From the NCBI GenBank assembly GCA_033762295.1, contig JANRLW010000126.1, forward strand, positions 12,660 to 76,659: a stretch of 64,000 bases of DNA. Reading direction: 5' to 3'. The position numbers and the translations under genes were made by a program. Within the stretch, counting starts at the first letter, position 1. Each line of letters opens with the position of its first letter. Under the pieces are notes generated by a model, which saw only the letters and a program-made list of their open reading frames with translations, searched no databases and was not told where the DNA came from. This stretch comes from Capsulimonadales bacterium (GTDB lineage Bacteria; Armatimonadota; Armatimonadia; Armatimonadales; Armatimonadaceae). Positions 38,169 to 47,914 of this stretch are shown here, piece by piece.

Positions 38169-38506
38169 TGGGCAGCAAGTACGAACTGGAAAACGATGAA
38201 CCGGTCTGGCAGAATGTGGTTGCCGGAATCCTGATCGGCCTGGTCGTCGGCGGTGCGGTCGGGCTTTTATTCGCCCCGAAAAGCGGCGCGCGGTTCCGCG
38301 CGGACCTGGCCGACGCGGTGGACGATCTGAAAGACAAAGCCGAGGAGATCGTTGATGTCCTTCAGGATTCGGCGGGCGAACTGATGGTCCGGACCCAGAA
38401 GGTGCTCGATGAAACCCGTGAAAATGTCGTTCGGTCGGTGGAGGCGGGGAAAGAGGCGTACACGCAAACCCGCGACGAGTTGACGGCGCAACTGGAGACC
38501 AAATAA
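38168..38506 (+). CDS. YtxH domain protein
   Basis: GLVVGGAVGLLFAPKSG...R motif followed by an amphipathic helix; ATG overlaps the mnmA TGA. Confidence 0.85.
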   Translation: MGSKYELENDEPVWQNVVAGILIGLVVGGAVGLLFAPKSGARFRADLADAVDDLKDKAEEIVDVLQDSAGELMVRTQKVLDETRENVVRSVEAGKEAYTQTRDELTAQLETK

Positions 38507-38589
38507 CCTTCAGGGGTTCGGGCAGCGCGAGGGTAGACCCTGACCGATGCGGGGACGGCTCGGTGGGGAAGGGAGGATCGTTTTCCGGA

Positions 38590-38931
38590 ATGAGTTTGAA
38601 TATTGCTTCACGAACCGTGGAATCGAAGATCCACATCATTGATCCGGAAGGGGAGGTGGATATGTACACCGCTCCCTTGCTTCGCGAAGCGTTGCTGGAC
38701 GCTTTCGAAGGCGGCGCTCAGCGGATCGTCGTCAATCTCCGGCGAGTGGATTTTATCGATTCCACGGGTCTGGGCATATTGATCGGCGGTTTACGTCGAA
38801 TGCGGGAGGGTGGCGGCATGCTGCGACTGTGCGAACCGCAGCCACGAGTCAGCCGTCTCCTGCATGTCACCGACCTGGATACGGTACTGGATATCTGTAT
38901 GTCGGAACAGGAAGCGATTGCAGCCGGTTGA
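38590..38931 (+). CDS. Anti-sigma factor antagonist (STAS, RsbV/SpoIIAA family)
   Basis: GEVDMYTAPLLRE and FIDSTGLG (phospho-Ser motif); GGAGG RBS. Confidence 0.9.
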   Translation: MSLNIASRTVESKIHIIDPEGEVDMYTAPLLREALLDAFEGGAQRIVVNLRRVDFIDSTGLGILIGGLRRMREGGGMLRLCEPQPRVSRLLHVTDLDTVLDICMSEQEAIAAG

Positions 38932-39009
38932 CCCTCGCCCCGGTGGCGGCTCTGTTGACGGTCGGTCCGGCGGGCCGATAGGGACCGGGGAGAGGGCGCA
39001 CGGAATACA

Positions 39010-41109
39010 ATGTTTCGAAGAGAGAGTATAGTCACCGGATTTGGTGTCGCGCTCGGAGTAGCGGGATGCCTCCTCTGCCTTTATCTTTCCTGGCGGCTGC
39101 TGGGGGCGGTCAGCGCCATCATCGCTCCGTTTATCGGCGCACTGGTCCTCGCGCTGATTCTGGATCCGGTCGTCGACCGCCTGGAGGATCGCCTGCCCGG
39201 GACGCAGGGGAACCGTCGCCTGTGGGCCGTCGTGATTGTGTACCTTGGCCTGTTGTTGCTGCTGGCCGGGTTGCTTGCCTTTATCGTTCCGAATCTGATC
39301 GCACAGTCCACCCGCCTAATTACCTTTTTTGCGCCGCTCAGTTACCGGATCGACCGAACGCGCGAGGACGGCCGTTTTGTGATCGTCGAGCGGGAGTATC
39401 CGGGTACGCAGTTTGTCGTCCGCCGTCTGAGAAACGGTCAGCGATATCGTTTCCGGGTTATCGCTCAGGACTCGGAAGGGAAAAGATATTCGCTTCAGGA
39501 GGCGGAGGCGATCCCGCGTTCCGTTTCCGAAACGCGGCAGGTTTTTCGTTCGAACGGACCGCGGGAAGCGGACAACGAGCGGAACGTCACGGTTCCGGAA
39601 CCGGACGAGGGAAATTTCGGCGCCGATACGCCGATCCTGCCGACACCTCGGCCTACACCGACGCCCGCGACGGGCGGCCTTTTCGCGCCATTCACGACTC
39701 CGTCGTCCGTTCCTGTTTCCCCGACCGTCACCCCGGAATCGGAGGTCCTGGCGGAACCGGAGCCGTTTGAAGAACCGGTGGACAGTGATACGGCCACCGG
39801 AACGGCGACCCCCGTCGTTTCCGAAGCCGTTGCGGAGGATTTGTCGCCGGCCGAGAGTCCGTCCCCGGTCGCGGAGGCAACCGCCTCCCCGTCCGTGTCA
39901 CCGACCCCGGCCCCCCTCGGTGCGCCCTCGCCGACGCTCTCACCGATTCCGGCCAGGTCTCCGGTGCCGTCCGCGACCGCAACGCCACGGTCGTTGATTC
40001 CGGTCGCCGGGAAAACGCCGTCCCTTTTACCCTCCGCGACACCTTCGCCCGTCGCGAAAAACGGTACGAAAACGCCGTCTTCCGCCAGCCGAAAATCGTC
40101 CCCTTCCGCCGACGAAGCCGTGACCGGTCGAAATTCGCGAGATCGGGTGACGTTGACGGCGAACCCGGCTCCGGTGCCTTCGCCCGGCACGGTGGCGGCG
40201 ACCCCCGGCGACAGCGCGGTTCGCCTGGTCTGGCGTCCGCCGGTCACCGCCGCCTCGGGTTTCGATCGGTTACGGACCCAGGCCGATCGCTGGCTGCTGG
40301 AACACCGGAGTATCGGGCCGGTCAAACTGCCCCGGAACCTGGCGGCCATTCAGGCGCAGTATTCGGACCAGCTTTCCCAGGTCGTTCGGCAGGTGACCCA
40401 GCGAGCGGCGGATATTGTCGTCGGGTCGGTTTCGGCGGCGATGACGGTCATGTTCGCGCTGATTATCGGGTTTTATATGCTGGTCGATTTTGATCGGCTC
40501 CGGATGCGATTTTTGTATCTGATGCCCAGCCAGGCGCGGGGCGGCGTCGTTCGGTCGCTCGGAATGGTCGGTGGCATTTTCGATAAGTATGTTCGGGGAA
40601 TGGCAACGGTCGCGACCGCTTACGGCCTCGTTTCGATTGTCGTCTTTTTCGGGATGGGGTCAATCTTCGATATCGGGTTGAAGGGATATGCCTTGCTTCT
40701 CGGGGTAATTGCGGGCGTCCTCTATCCCGTTCCGTTCCTCGGTCCCCTGGTGACGACCGGCGTTATCGGGGCGGTTTCGCTGGCGACGGGCGCCACCCCG
40801 GTGCAGGCGATCATCGCGGTCGTGGTCGTGCAGGTTCAGAATGCGATCTTCGATAACGGCGTGACCCCGCGTGTCGTCGGGGAAAGCGTCGGTCTCCACC
40901 CGCTGGTAACGATCTTCGCGCTGTTTCTCGGAGGAAACCTGTTCGGGCTGGTCGGTATGCTGCTGGCGGTTCCGGTGGCGGCCAGCATTCAGCGGCTGTT
41001 GATCCTGCAGTATCCCCGCCTGGGCGAACCGACCGGTCTGAGCGTCCGAAATCCGGACCTGGAGGAGCGTTTGCGATCGTCGGCGGAGTCCGCTCCCCCC
41101 TCCCCGTAA
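39010..41109 (+). CDS. AI-2E family transporter with a large FN3-like and Pro/Ser/Thr-rich insertion
   Basis: N-terminal PFIGALVLALILDPVV and C-terminal VPFLGP, PRVVGESVGLHP, GMLLAVP motifs; ~310 extra aa after the third hydrophobic segment. Confidence 0.88.
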   Translation: MFRRESIVTGFGVALGVAGCLLCLYLSWRLLGAVSAIIAPFIGALVLALILDPVVDRLEDRLPGTQGNRRLWAVVIVYLGLLLLLAGLLAFIVPNLIAQSTRLITFFAPLSYRIDRTREDGRFVIVEREYPGTQFVVRRLRNGQRYRFRVIAQDSEGKRYSLQEAEAIPRSVSETRQVFRSNGPREADNERNVTVPEPDEGNFGADTPILPTPRPTPTPATGGLFAPFTTPSSVPVSPTVTPESEVLAEPEPFEEPVDSDTATGTATPVVSEAVAEDLSPAESPSPVAEATASPSVSPTPAPLGAPSPTLSPIPARSPVPSATATPRSLIPVAGKTPSLLPSATPSPVAKNGTKTPSSASRKSSPSADEAVTGRNSRDRVTLTANPAPVPSPGTVAATPGDSAVRLVWRPPVTAASGFDRLRTQADRWLLEHRSIGPVKLPRNLAAIQAQYSDQLSQVVRQVTQRAADIVVGSVSAAMTVMFALIIGFYMLVDFDRLRMRFLYLMPSQARGGVVRSLGMVGGIFDKYVRGMATVATAYGLVSIVVFFGMGSIFDIGLKGYALLLGVIAGVLYPVPFLGPLVTTGVIGAVSLATGATPVQAIIAVVVVQVQNAIFDNGVTPRVVGESVGLHPLVTIFALFLGGNLFGLVGMLLAVPVAASIQRLLILQYPRLGEPTGLSVRNPDLEERLRSSAESAPPSP

Positions 41110-41130
41110 CGGTCCGTGGAAGAACCGGGG

Positions 41131-42450
41131 TTATCCCTCCCCGGTTCGGGTCACCAGAAGGGCCATCTCATCGGCGGCGACGGCGACCGGCAGATGCAGG
41201 TATCCTCCCGGATGCTCGACCCTGCCCGGCGCGAGTTCGTGGCATCCGATCGGGTCAAACCAGCGCAGGGAAAACGTTCCGGCAGGAAGCCCGACCGCGA
41301 AGGTATTGAACACCTGGGAGTGCGCCATATAGATGGCGTACCGGTCCCCCCGACGACCCAGAGCGTTCGCCGCGATATCGCCCGAATTGGCGACAAAGAT
41401 TTCAGGGACGGGTTCCATTTCCCAGACGGCGGCCAGTTCGACGAAACGACGCAGAAAACCGAACTGTTTACGCAACAGGGGGCTGCCGAACCCGGGAGTT
41501 TTTCCGTAGATCGGACCATCACCGGCGGGGTGCGCGACGTTAAACGAGTAGTCCAGATGGCTGAAAATGCCGCCTCCGGACATCAGGAAACTCCAGGCTT
41601 CCCGTCGATACGGGGTTGCTTTCTGACCGGCGAAACCGGTCTCATCGTCGGCGAGAACCTTCTTCAGATGATAGTTCGCAGACACGGCTTCCGTCCGCGC
41701 ATAGTGAAAGTTGAGGATGGTGGCCTGTTCGGGAAACTGTGTCACGCGTTTGGCGCGATTCTGGATGTTCACCGCGATCAGGTGGGTCGTCGGGAGCGTC
41801 ACTTCGCAATCGGCGATCACCCCCGCCATGTAGTTCTGAAATTCGAAATAATCGGTGTGGTCGTGGCGCGAGTACGGTTCGTTGATCAGTTCGAAATAGA
41901 CGTTCGGATAGGGGTTCAGTTCGGTAACGATCTTGCGAACGAACGCTTCCTGGTAGGGCAGTAACGGTCCGTTCACGTTCCAGAACTCCTCACGATCCGC
42001 CGGGCCGACGGAAGGCACGGAATTATCGGGATGGAGCGGCGACAGCTTCCAGAGGCCGTCGTTATACCAGAAGCAGAAGAGGACCAACTCCACGCAGACC
42101 CCGTTCGCCCGGGCGGAGGTCATCACGGCATGAAGGCGTTCGAAATACTCGTCGTTCCAGCGGTTGAGATCGTACTTGCCCTCTTCCGTCCGCGCCCAGG
42201 GCGTACAAAAATCTTCGTCACGGGGGGCGAGCACATTTTCCTCGATGCCGAATTCGCGGGGCTGTTCCCGGTAGACACCTGAAAAGAGACGGCACTGATT
42301 AAGTTCATCGTGACGCAGAGTTTCGAAGTAGGTATTGTAATCGAACGCGCGGTTGATCAGCGCACCGTAATGTTCGCCCGATCCGACGAGTACGACCGGA
42401 TGACCGTCAACCGCGAGATACCGCGGATTCTCCGAATAGACGTGCAGCAT
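41131..42450 (-). CDS. Clan GH-A-like glycoside hydrolase with C-terminal beta domain
   Basis: KYDLNRWNDEYFERL, FELINEP (acid/base NEP), DDETGF, C-terminal LRWFDP. Confidence 0.65.
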   Translation of the reverse strand: MLHVYSENPRYLAVDGHPVVLVGSGEHYGALINRAFDYNTYFETLRHDELNQCRLFSGVYREQPREFGIEENVLAPRDEDFCTPWARTEEGKYDLNRWNDEYFERLHAVMTSARANGVCVELVLFCFWYNDGLWKLSPLHPDNSVPSVGPADREEFWNVNGPLLPYQEAFVRKIVTELNPYPNVYFELINEPYSRHDHTDYFEFQNYMAGVIADCEVTLPTTHLIAVNIQNRAKRVTQFPEQATILNFHYARTEAVSANYHLKKVLADDETGFAGQKATPYRREAWSFLMSGGGIFSHLDYSFNVAHPAGDGPIYGKTPGFGSPLLRKQFGFLRRFVELAAVWEMEPVPEIFVANSGDIAANALGRRGDRYAIYMAHSQVFNTFAVGLPAGTFSLRWFDPIGCHELAPGRVEHPGGYLHLPVAVAADEMALLVTRTGEG

Positions 42451-42495
42451 GAACCGTCCTCCGAAAACAGATTCGTCCTGCCGTCGGGAAATTCC

Positions 42496-43470
42496 TCAAC
42501 CGAGGTAGCGAAGCGTCGGATAAAGGTAGCCACGGACGTAGTCGGCAATCGCCTCTCCGAGGGAGTAACGGGGCAGGGGACATCCGGTCGCCGCGAGTTT
42601 GTCCATGCTCGCTTCGGTGAAGTACTGGTATCGTCCCTGCAGTTCCTCGGGCATGGGGATGTATTCGATCCGGGGAGGACGTTCCAGCGCGGTAAAGAGC
42701 CCGTAGGCGAGGTCGTTCCAGGACCGCGCCTGGCCGGTCCCCAGATTGAACAGCCCGTTCACGGACGGGTGGTTCAAAAGCCACCAGAGGCAATCGGCGC
42801 AATCCTTGACGTAAATGAAATCGCGCTTCTGATCGCCGTCGTTGTAGTCGTCACGGTACGAGCGGAACAGTCGGATGGAACCCGTTTCCAGGATCTGCTG
42901 GCATCCCCGGTAGACATGGCTGACCATTCCCTCTTTATGATATTCGTTGGGACCGAAAACGTTAAAGAACTTCAGTCCGACGATTCTCTCCGCAAGTCCG
43001 GTTCGCTTCGCGTAGAGATCGAAAAGCTGTTTGGAATACCCGTACATATTGAGGGGCATCAAGGTTTCGATCGGAACCTCGTCGGAGAAGCCGTTCTCAC
43101 CGTCTCCGTAGGTCGCCGCGCTGGAGGCGTAGATAAATCGGAAGTTGCGCTCGACCGCCCATTCCGCGAGTCGCTGGGTATACCGATAGTTGTTTTCGAT
43201 CAGGTGATCGGCGTCGCGTTCCGTGGTCGACGAGTTCGCGCCCATATGAACGATGGCATCAGGGACAGGGTCGATATGGTTCGCCAGGACCGACGACGCG
43301 AGTTCGCTCTTATCCCAGTAATCCCGGAACCGAAGACCGCGCAGGTTTTTCCACTTATCGGAGGTGCCGAGTTCGTCAACGATCAGAATATCGTCGATGC
43401 CTTCGAGATTCAGTTTTCGAACGAAGGCGCTGCCGATGAAACCCGCGCCTCCCGTAACTATAACGCGCAT
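42496..43470 (-). CDS. hldD: ADP-L-glycero-D-manno-heptose 6-epimerase
   Basis: VTGGAGFIGS, GANSSTTE, YASSAATYG, PLNMYGYSK, FNVFGPNEYHK, YQYFTEA. Confidence 0.92.
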   Translation of the reverse strand: MRVIVTGGAGFIGSAFVRKLNLEGIDDILIVDELGTSDKWKNLRGLRFRDYWDKSELASSVLANHIDPVPDAIVHMGANSSTTERDADHLIENNYRYTQRLAEWAVERNFRFIYASSAATYGDGENGFSDEVPIETLMPLNMYGYSKQLFDLYAKRTGLAERIVGLKFFNVFGPNEYHKEGMVSHVYRGCQQILETGSIRLFRSYRDDYNDGDQKRDFIYVKDCADCLWWLLNHPSVNGLFNLGTGQARSWNDLAYGLFTALERPPRIEYIPMPEELQGRYQYFTEASMDKLAATGCPLPRYSLGEAIADYVRGYLYPTLRYLG

Positions 43471-43494
43471 GTTCCATTTAACCATGCCGCCGCA

Positions 43495-44247
43495 TTACGG
43501 GTCGGCGACGGGGTCGGGATACAGATGGGGAAAGAGGGTTCGAACGTTATCGACCGGTTCATAACCGAGGACCTCGCGGAGCGGTTTCCGACTGAGTCTT
43601 TCGCGGCCGGAAACGGAGGTCGCAAAGATCAGGTGATAGGTCAGTCCGGGTTTTTCGATGCAGGCGGAAAGAATTCCCGCCGCGTCGCGCGGCGAGAGCC
43701 AGATATCGCGCGACCAGGAGCGTTCCGGGTCCAAAAGGATGGGATGGTCATAGTTGAGAAAGTGACCGATCCGAACGCCGACGAACTCTATTCCGTGCCG
43801 ATCGTAGTACCACCGGCCGAGCACCTCGCCCAGAACTTTGGTCACCCCGTAGAGGGTGATCGGGCGGACCGGGTCGGTCACCTCGATGGTGGTTTCGTGC
43901 GGATAGTAGGCGACGGTCTGGACGGTCGAGGCGAAGACGATGCGTCGAACGCCCGCTTCCCTGGCCGCCTCAAAGGTATTGTACAGGCCGACGACATTAT
44001 TCGGGACCAGTTCGTCGAGGAACGGGGCCTCGTCCGAGGTCGCGGCGAGATGGACGAGGACATCCGCACCCTCCATCGCCTGCCGGAGAATCTCCCGGTC
44101 CGAAAGGTCGGCGATTATCGTTTCGGGTTCGTTCGGGATCGGCTGGCGATCCAGAAGGCGAACATCGAATCGTTCGCGGAAAGTGGGTAGGAGGTGGGGG
44201 CCGATACGCCCACCCGGACCGGTAACCAGAACCGTAAGTCGTTGCAT
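43495..44247 (-). CDS. NAD(P)-dependent epimerase/dehydrogenase (uronate dehydrogenase-like SDR)
   Basis: VTGPGGRIG, VHLAA, YGVTK catalytic motif, WLSPRD. Confidence 0.8.
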   Translation of the reverse strand: MQRLTVLVTGPGGRIGPHLLPTFRERFDVRLLDRQPIPNEPETIIADLSDREILRQAMEGADVLVHLAATSDEAPFLDELVPNNVVGLYNTFEAAREAGVRRIVFASTVQTVAYYPHETTIEVTDPVRPITLYGVTKVLGEVLGRWYYDRHGIEFVGVRIGHFLNYDHPILLDPERSWSRDIWLSPRDAAGILSACIEKPGLTYHLIFATSVSGRERLSRKPLREVLGYEPVDNVRTLFPHLYPDPVADP

Positions 44248-44254
44248 ACGGCCA

Positions 44255-44260
44255 ATTTTA
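44255..44260 (-). promoter_or_regulatory. -10 box 7 nt upstream of the SDR ATG (leaderless-type)
   Basis: Minus strand TAAAAT-TGGCCGT-ATG, no SD. Confidence 0.5.
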
Positions 44261-44270
44261 CCCGAAACGA

Positions 44271-44837
44271 TCAGGGTAACCGGACGATGTTCGCTTCATA
44301 CATCAGGAAGGCGTACATTTCCCGTGACTTCGGGTGTTCGTCCAGCCACTGTTTGACGCGAACGAGTTCGTCATAGTCCGCGCTGCCGAACGTCTGGCGG
44401 AGCCGCTGTTCCTTTTGACGGACGAGTTCCGTTTTTCGGACATCCTCCTGCCAGGCTTTGCTGAAGATCCGGTGGATATCGTCGTGCAGGTTTCTGGCAC
44501 GAAGCGTTTCCCATTCGTTGGCGTCGAACCAGATGCCGCCACAATGGAAGCACCGGTCCAGGGAAAAGCCGGTGTCACGGCCGACTTTATAGGCAACCAG
44601 AATGCCCGAGCAGTCCGGGCACCGTTTCGCCTGATTGGGTTCGGAGGTTTCGATCGGCCCGATTTGCTGCGCCGGGCGTTCGGGCCGGTTGGGTCCGGCC
44701 TTATCCAGCCAGTCAAAATACGTATTCGACGGAAGGAAACGCCCCAGGCAGTGGGCGCAGGTCAGCATGGTCAGGCCATTTTCCACCTCCTCCTGCTGCA
44801 AACGGACTCCGGGGCAGAGCGGACATTCCATAGACAT
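44271..44837 (-). CDS. Double zinc-ribbon (zf-TFIIB-like) protein
   Basis: CPLC...CAHCLG and CPDC...CFHCGGIWFDANE; start at 44837 or 44831. Confidence 0.8.
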   Translation of the reverse strand: MSMECPLCPGVRLQQEEVENGLTMLTCAHCLGRFLPSNTYFDWLDKAGPNRPERPAQQIGPIETSEPNQAKRCPDCSGILVAYKVGRDTGFSLDRCFHCGGIWFDANEWETLRARNLHDDIHRIFSKAWQEDVRKTELVRQKEQRLRQTFGSADYDELVRVKQWLDEHPKSREMYAFLMYEANIVRLP

Positions 44838-44851
44838 AAGCCCTTTACCAA

Positions 44852-45955
44852 TCACCGTGTGCCGCCCGGCGTCGACGCCGTGGCGGCGGTGGCGCGACCG
44901 GGAACGCGAGAGATGGCGCATCCGAAAGAGGTTCGATCCGCCTTGACCGGGTTCTTTCCGGACAGAACGGCATCGAGCGCGGACCGGAGATCATTGGATG
45001 TCACGCGGATCGGATTCCGGTTATCGTCGAATCGCCCGTGGTAGCGGAGAATTCCGTTTTTGTCCAGAAGGAACACTTCGGGGGTCGTATGCGCCCCCAG
45101 CCGATCCGCGATCACATTATCCCGGTCTTTCAGCATCGGAAAGTCGAAGAGGGCTTTCCAGGCATGTCCGGCGGCCTGCGAGGACGTCTCGTCATGCGCC
45201 GAGTTGATGGCCAGGAAGCGCACGCCGCGTTTCATATAGAGATCGGAAAGCGTCCGGATTCGTTCATCGTAGCGGCGGGAACACGGACAATGGGAGGAGA
45301 CGAACAGAACGACGGTGGCCTTCTGCGTTCCCGTTCCGTAAAGACTGACCGGCTGGCGGTCGCGAGCGGTCGGCAGCGTAAAGTTGGCGACTTTTTTGCC
45401 AATGTAGCGGGAGGGCGGTTGCGGATGGGTATCGAGGCAGGCGGCGGTCAGGTCGACCATCTGCGACCCGAACTGGTCTCCCTGGAACTCACGGATCGGG
45501 AGCATGATCTTTCCGTCCGGTCCGATGACATAAGCGCCACGACCGTCCGGCTGGCCCGGAATTCCGTAGGCTTCCGCCACCTTGCCGTCCGGATCGGAGA
45601 GGATCGCAAAATCGAACCCTTCCCGGGAATGGAGTTCATGCGCGGTCTCGACCGACATCGGGGTGATGACGAACACCTTGACACCCATCGTATCGAACTC
45701 GCAGATCTCTTTATTCAGTGAGCGGAGTTGCCGGAGCGATGCCGGATCGTGACCCGGAAGAAAGGCGATCGCGATACCGATTCCACGGTAATTTTCCAGC
45801 CGGTGTTCGTCACCGGTGCTGCCGACCAGGGCGAACGCCGGCGCGGGTTCTCCGGCCGGAAGCATCGTTGCCGGGTGATCGGCCGCTCGAACCGTCGTGG
45901 CAAGGAACGAGCAAAGTACGAGGAGAACACCCAAAATAGTGGTTTTCAGAGACAT
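44852..45955 (-). CDS. Exported tandem redoxin (AhpC/TSA-like plus thioredoxin-like) protein
   Basis: Signal peptide (VRA-A); two thioredoxin-fold units (APAFAL...ILSDPDGKVAEAYG; FTLP...HCPC...TPEVFL..YHGRFDD...GCAI). Confidence 0.8.
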   Translation of the reverse strand: MSLKTTILGVLLVLCSFLATTVRAADHPATMLPAGEPAPAFALVGSTGDEHRLENYRGIGIAIAFLPGHDPASLRQLRSLNKEICEFDTMGVKVFVITPMSVETAHELHSREGFDFAILSDPDGKVAEAYGIPGQPDGRGAYVIGPDGKIMLPIREFQGDQFGSQMVDLTAACLDTHPQPPSRYIGKKVANFTLPTARDRQPVSLYGTGTQKATVVLFVSSHCPCSRRYDERIRTLSDLYMKRGVRFLAINSAHDETSSQAAGHAWKALFDFPMLKDRDNVIADRLGAHTTPEVFLLDKNGILRYHGRFDDNRNPIRVTSNDLRSALDAVLSGKNPVKADRTSFGCAISRVPGRATAATASTPGGTR

Positions 45956-46184
45956 TGAAACACCATCCTGCCCGAACTATTTCAACCGTTACCCTACGAA
46001 AAACCCAACATTCGTACGGCATCAATTTCTTATCGGTCGTTTTGCCGTCGTAACATAGGCCGGTTTCGGACCCGAAGGCGCGGTTGCCGGGTCGGAACGT
46101 CGTCGAACGAAGGAGCGGATCGATAGGTTAAATGGGGTACATTCGGAAGGGAAACCGCAATTTGAATTCAGAAAGGCTGGATCC

Positions 46185-46670
46185 ATGCCGGCAAAGAAAT
46201 ACTCCGCGCCACCGCCGATGACGATCGACCTGAACCGAAAGTATCAGGCGACCTTTGAAACGTCACGCGGAAACATCGTCGTCGACCTTTTCGCAGCGGA
46301 CGCGCCGCTCACCGTCAATAATTTCGTGTTCCTGGCCCGCGACGGGTTCTACGATAACACGACCTTCCACCGGGTGATTGAGAACTTCATGGTTCAGGGC
46401 GGCGATCCGGAGGGCACGGGAATGGGGGGACCGGGGTACCGTTTCCGTGACGAGACCGTCGGCAATCCGCACCGGCATCAGGTCGGTTCGCTCTCGATGG
46501 CCAATGCCGGACCGAACACCAACGGGTCCCAGTTCTTCATCACGCACGTCGTGACCGACTGGCTCGATGGAAAGCATACCGTGTTCGGGCAGGTGGCATC
46601 GGGCCAGGACATCGTGAATGCGATCCGCAAGGGGGACACGCTGAAAACGGTACGGATCGCGGAGGTGTGA
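46185..46670 (+). CDS. Cyclophilin-type peptidyl-prolyl cis-trans isomerase
   Basis: FHRVIENFMVQGGDP, SMANAGPNTNGSQFFIT, LDGKHTVFG. Confidence 0.96.
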   Translation: MPAKKYSAPPPMTIDLNRKYQATFETSRGNIVVDLFAADAPLTVNNFVFLARDGFYDNTTFHRVIENFMVQGGDPEGTGMGGPGYRFRDETVGNPHRHQVGSLSMANAGPNTNGSQFFITHVVTDWLDGKHTVFGQVASGQDIVNAIRKGDTLKTVRIAEV

Positions 46671-46682
46671 CGGGCCGACCGG

Positions 46683-46717
46683 ACCGGCGGATCGAACCGG
46701 CGGATCGAACCGGCGGA
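46683..46717 (+). repeat. 13-bp tandem repeat ACCGGCGGATCGA (2 full copies plus a partial)
   Basis: Direct reading of the intergenic sequence. Confidence 0.75.
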
Positions 46718-46746
46718 CCGGGGAGAACTCGGCTCTCCCCGGTCCG
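46714..46746. terminator. 13-bp hairpin between convergent genes
   Basis: CGGACCGGGGAGA-7nt-TCTCCCCGGTCCG; no clear U tract. Confidence 0.55.
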
Positions 46747-46749
46747 ACC

Positions 46750-47274
46750 TTACCCGGCTTTTTCGGGAATCGGCTGTCGGTGGCGGAAGAAACGAAGGGC
46801 TTCGATCAGCGCGGTAACTTCGGTTTCGTCCGAAAGCGGACAAAGTCCGAGCAGATCACAAAGATCGGCGGAAGCGGACTCCGGGAGGGGACGCCCGTGG
46901 GGCTTTCCGTCCGTGAACGGCTGCTCGAGGACATGAAACGCCCGGTGGCGCGAATCCGAACGTTCGGTCACCGGAGCGTCCGTCCAGAGTCCGTCTCTCC
47001 AGAGAAGGCGCAAAATATGGCTGACATGAAAGTGAGCCGACTCCACGCTTTCCAGAACCGGGTTAAAGACAATTCCAAGGCGCTTTTCTTCGCCGCATCG
47101 GGTCGCTTTGATGTGTTGAAGCAGGGCGTCCAGATGCTCCTGGCACTGTCTCAACTCATCCAACAACATCCATGTAGTCAAAACTAACCGTTTCCCGGTG
47201 CCGGTTTCCGTTGTGTGGACATAAACCGGTGTGCAAAATTCGGTAATTTCATCATTTTTGAATTCATCTGCCAT
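46750..47274 (-). CDS. Hypothetical protein
   Basis: 174-aa ORF with natural composition filling an otherwise empty gap; no motif recognised. Confidence 0.55.
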   Translation of the reverse strand: MADEFKNDEITEFCTPVYVHTTETGTGKRLVLTTWMLLDELRQCQEHLDALLQHIKATRCGEEKRLGIVFNPVLESVESAHFHVSHILRLLWRDGLWTDAPVTERSDSRHRAFHVLEQPFTDGKPHGRPLPESASADLCDLLGLCPLSDETEVTALIEALRFFRHRQPIPEKAG

Positions 47275-47534
47275 ACCGATTCCGTTTTTGACCTTCCGAA
47301 CGCTTCGATTTGATCGATAATCGGCGACTTTCGCGTCCTTTCTATCGCCGAATGCCCTAAACTTGTTTTCGGGAAGTCGGCAAAGTTTCTTAACCTGTCA
47401 GAAAAGCTGATACGGTTCCCCTGCAGGAGGATGAAAGAGGGAAAACGGGAAAGGATCAGCGTTGACAACGGGCGCGAAACATGGAAGGAAGCGGGGAGAA
47501 CGGCGCTCCCCGCCGGAACCTGTGGCACGAACGG

Positions 47535-47744
47535 TCAGGAATCTCCCCGTGATCGGCTGAGCAGTGGAAGACCGGTCGACTCACTTTCGGTAACAATATA
47601 TCCGTCGGGCAACTGATCGAGGGCGCCTTCCTTCAATTCCTTACGAAAGAAATACAGGGTACGTCGCCCTCCCTTGGTCTGAGTCGTCTGCGCATGCAGG
47701 TAGTAGACCGTACCGTTCTTCTTGCTGGTGACGCTGTAAGCCAT
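47535..47744 (-). CDS. Small conserved-looking hypothetical protein (69 aa)
   Basis: AGGAGG RBS; K.GTVYYLH...LYFF...LPDGY.V.E...TGLPLL pattern; GCGGGGAG/CTCCCCGC hairpin downstream (47491-47513). Confidence 0.8.
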   Translation of the reverse strand: MAYSVTSKKNGTVYYLHAQTTQTKGGRRTLYFFRKELKEGALDQLPDGYIVTESESTGLPLLSRSRGDS

Positions 47745-47914
47745 TTGACGAATATCCTCCTGTTGACCGATCGGGCGGGACGGCGGAAAACCAGGCTCGC
47801 CGAAGAATATCCGCAGTAATACCCGATTTAGCGGTAATTCGCTACACAGGTAGCCGTTTCCTTCCGTTTTGAAGTGTCGGCCCGATGAGAGGACGATCGT
47901 GCGCCGAAACGGTC

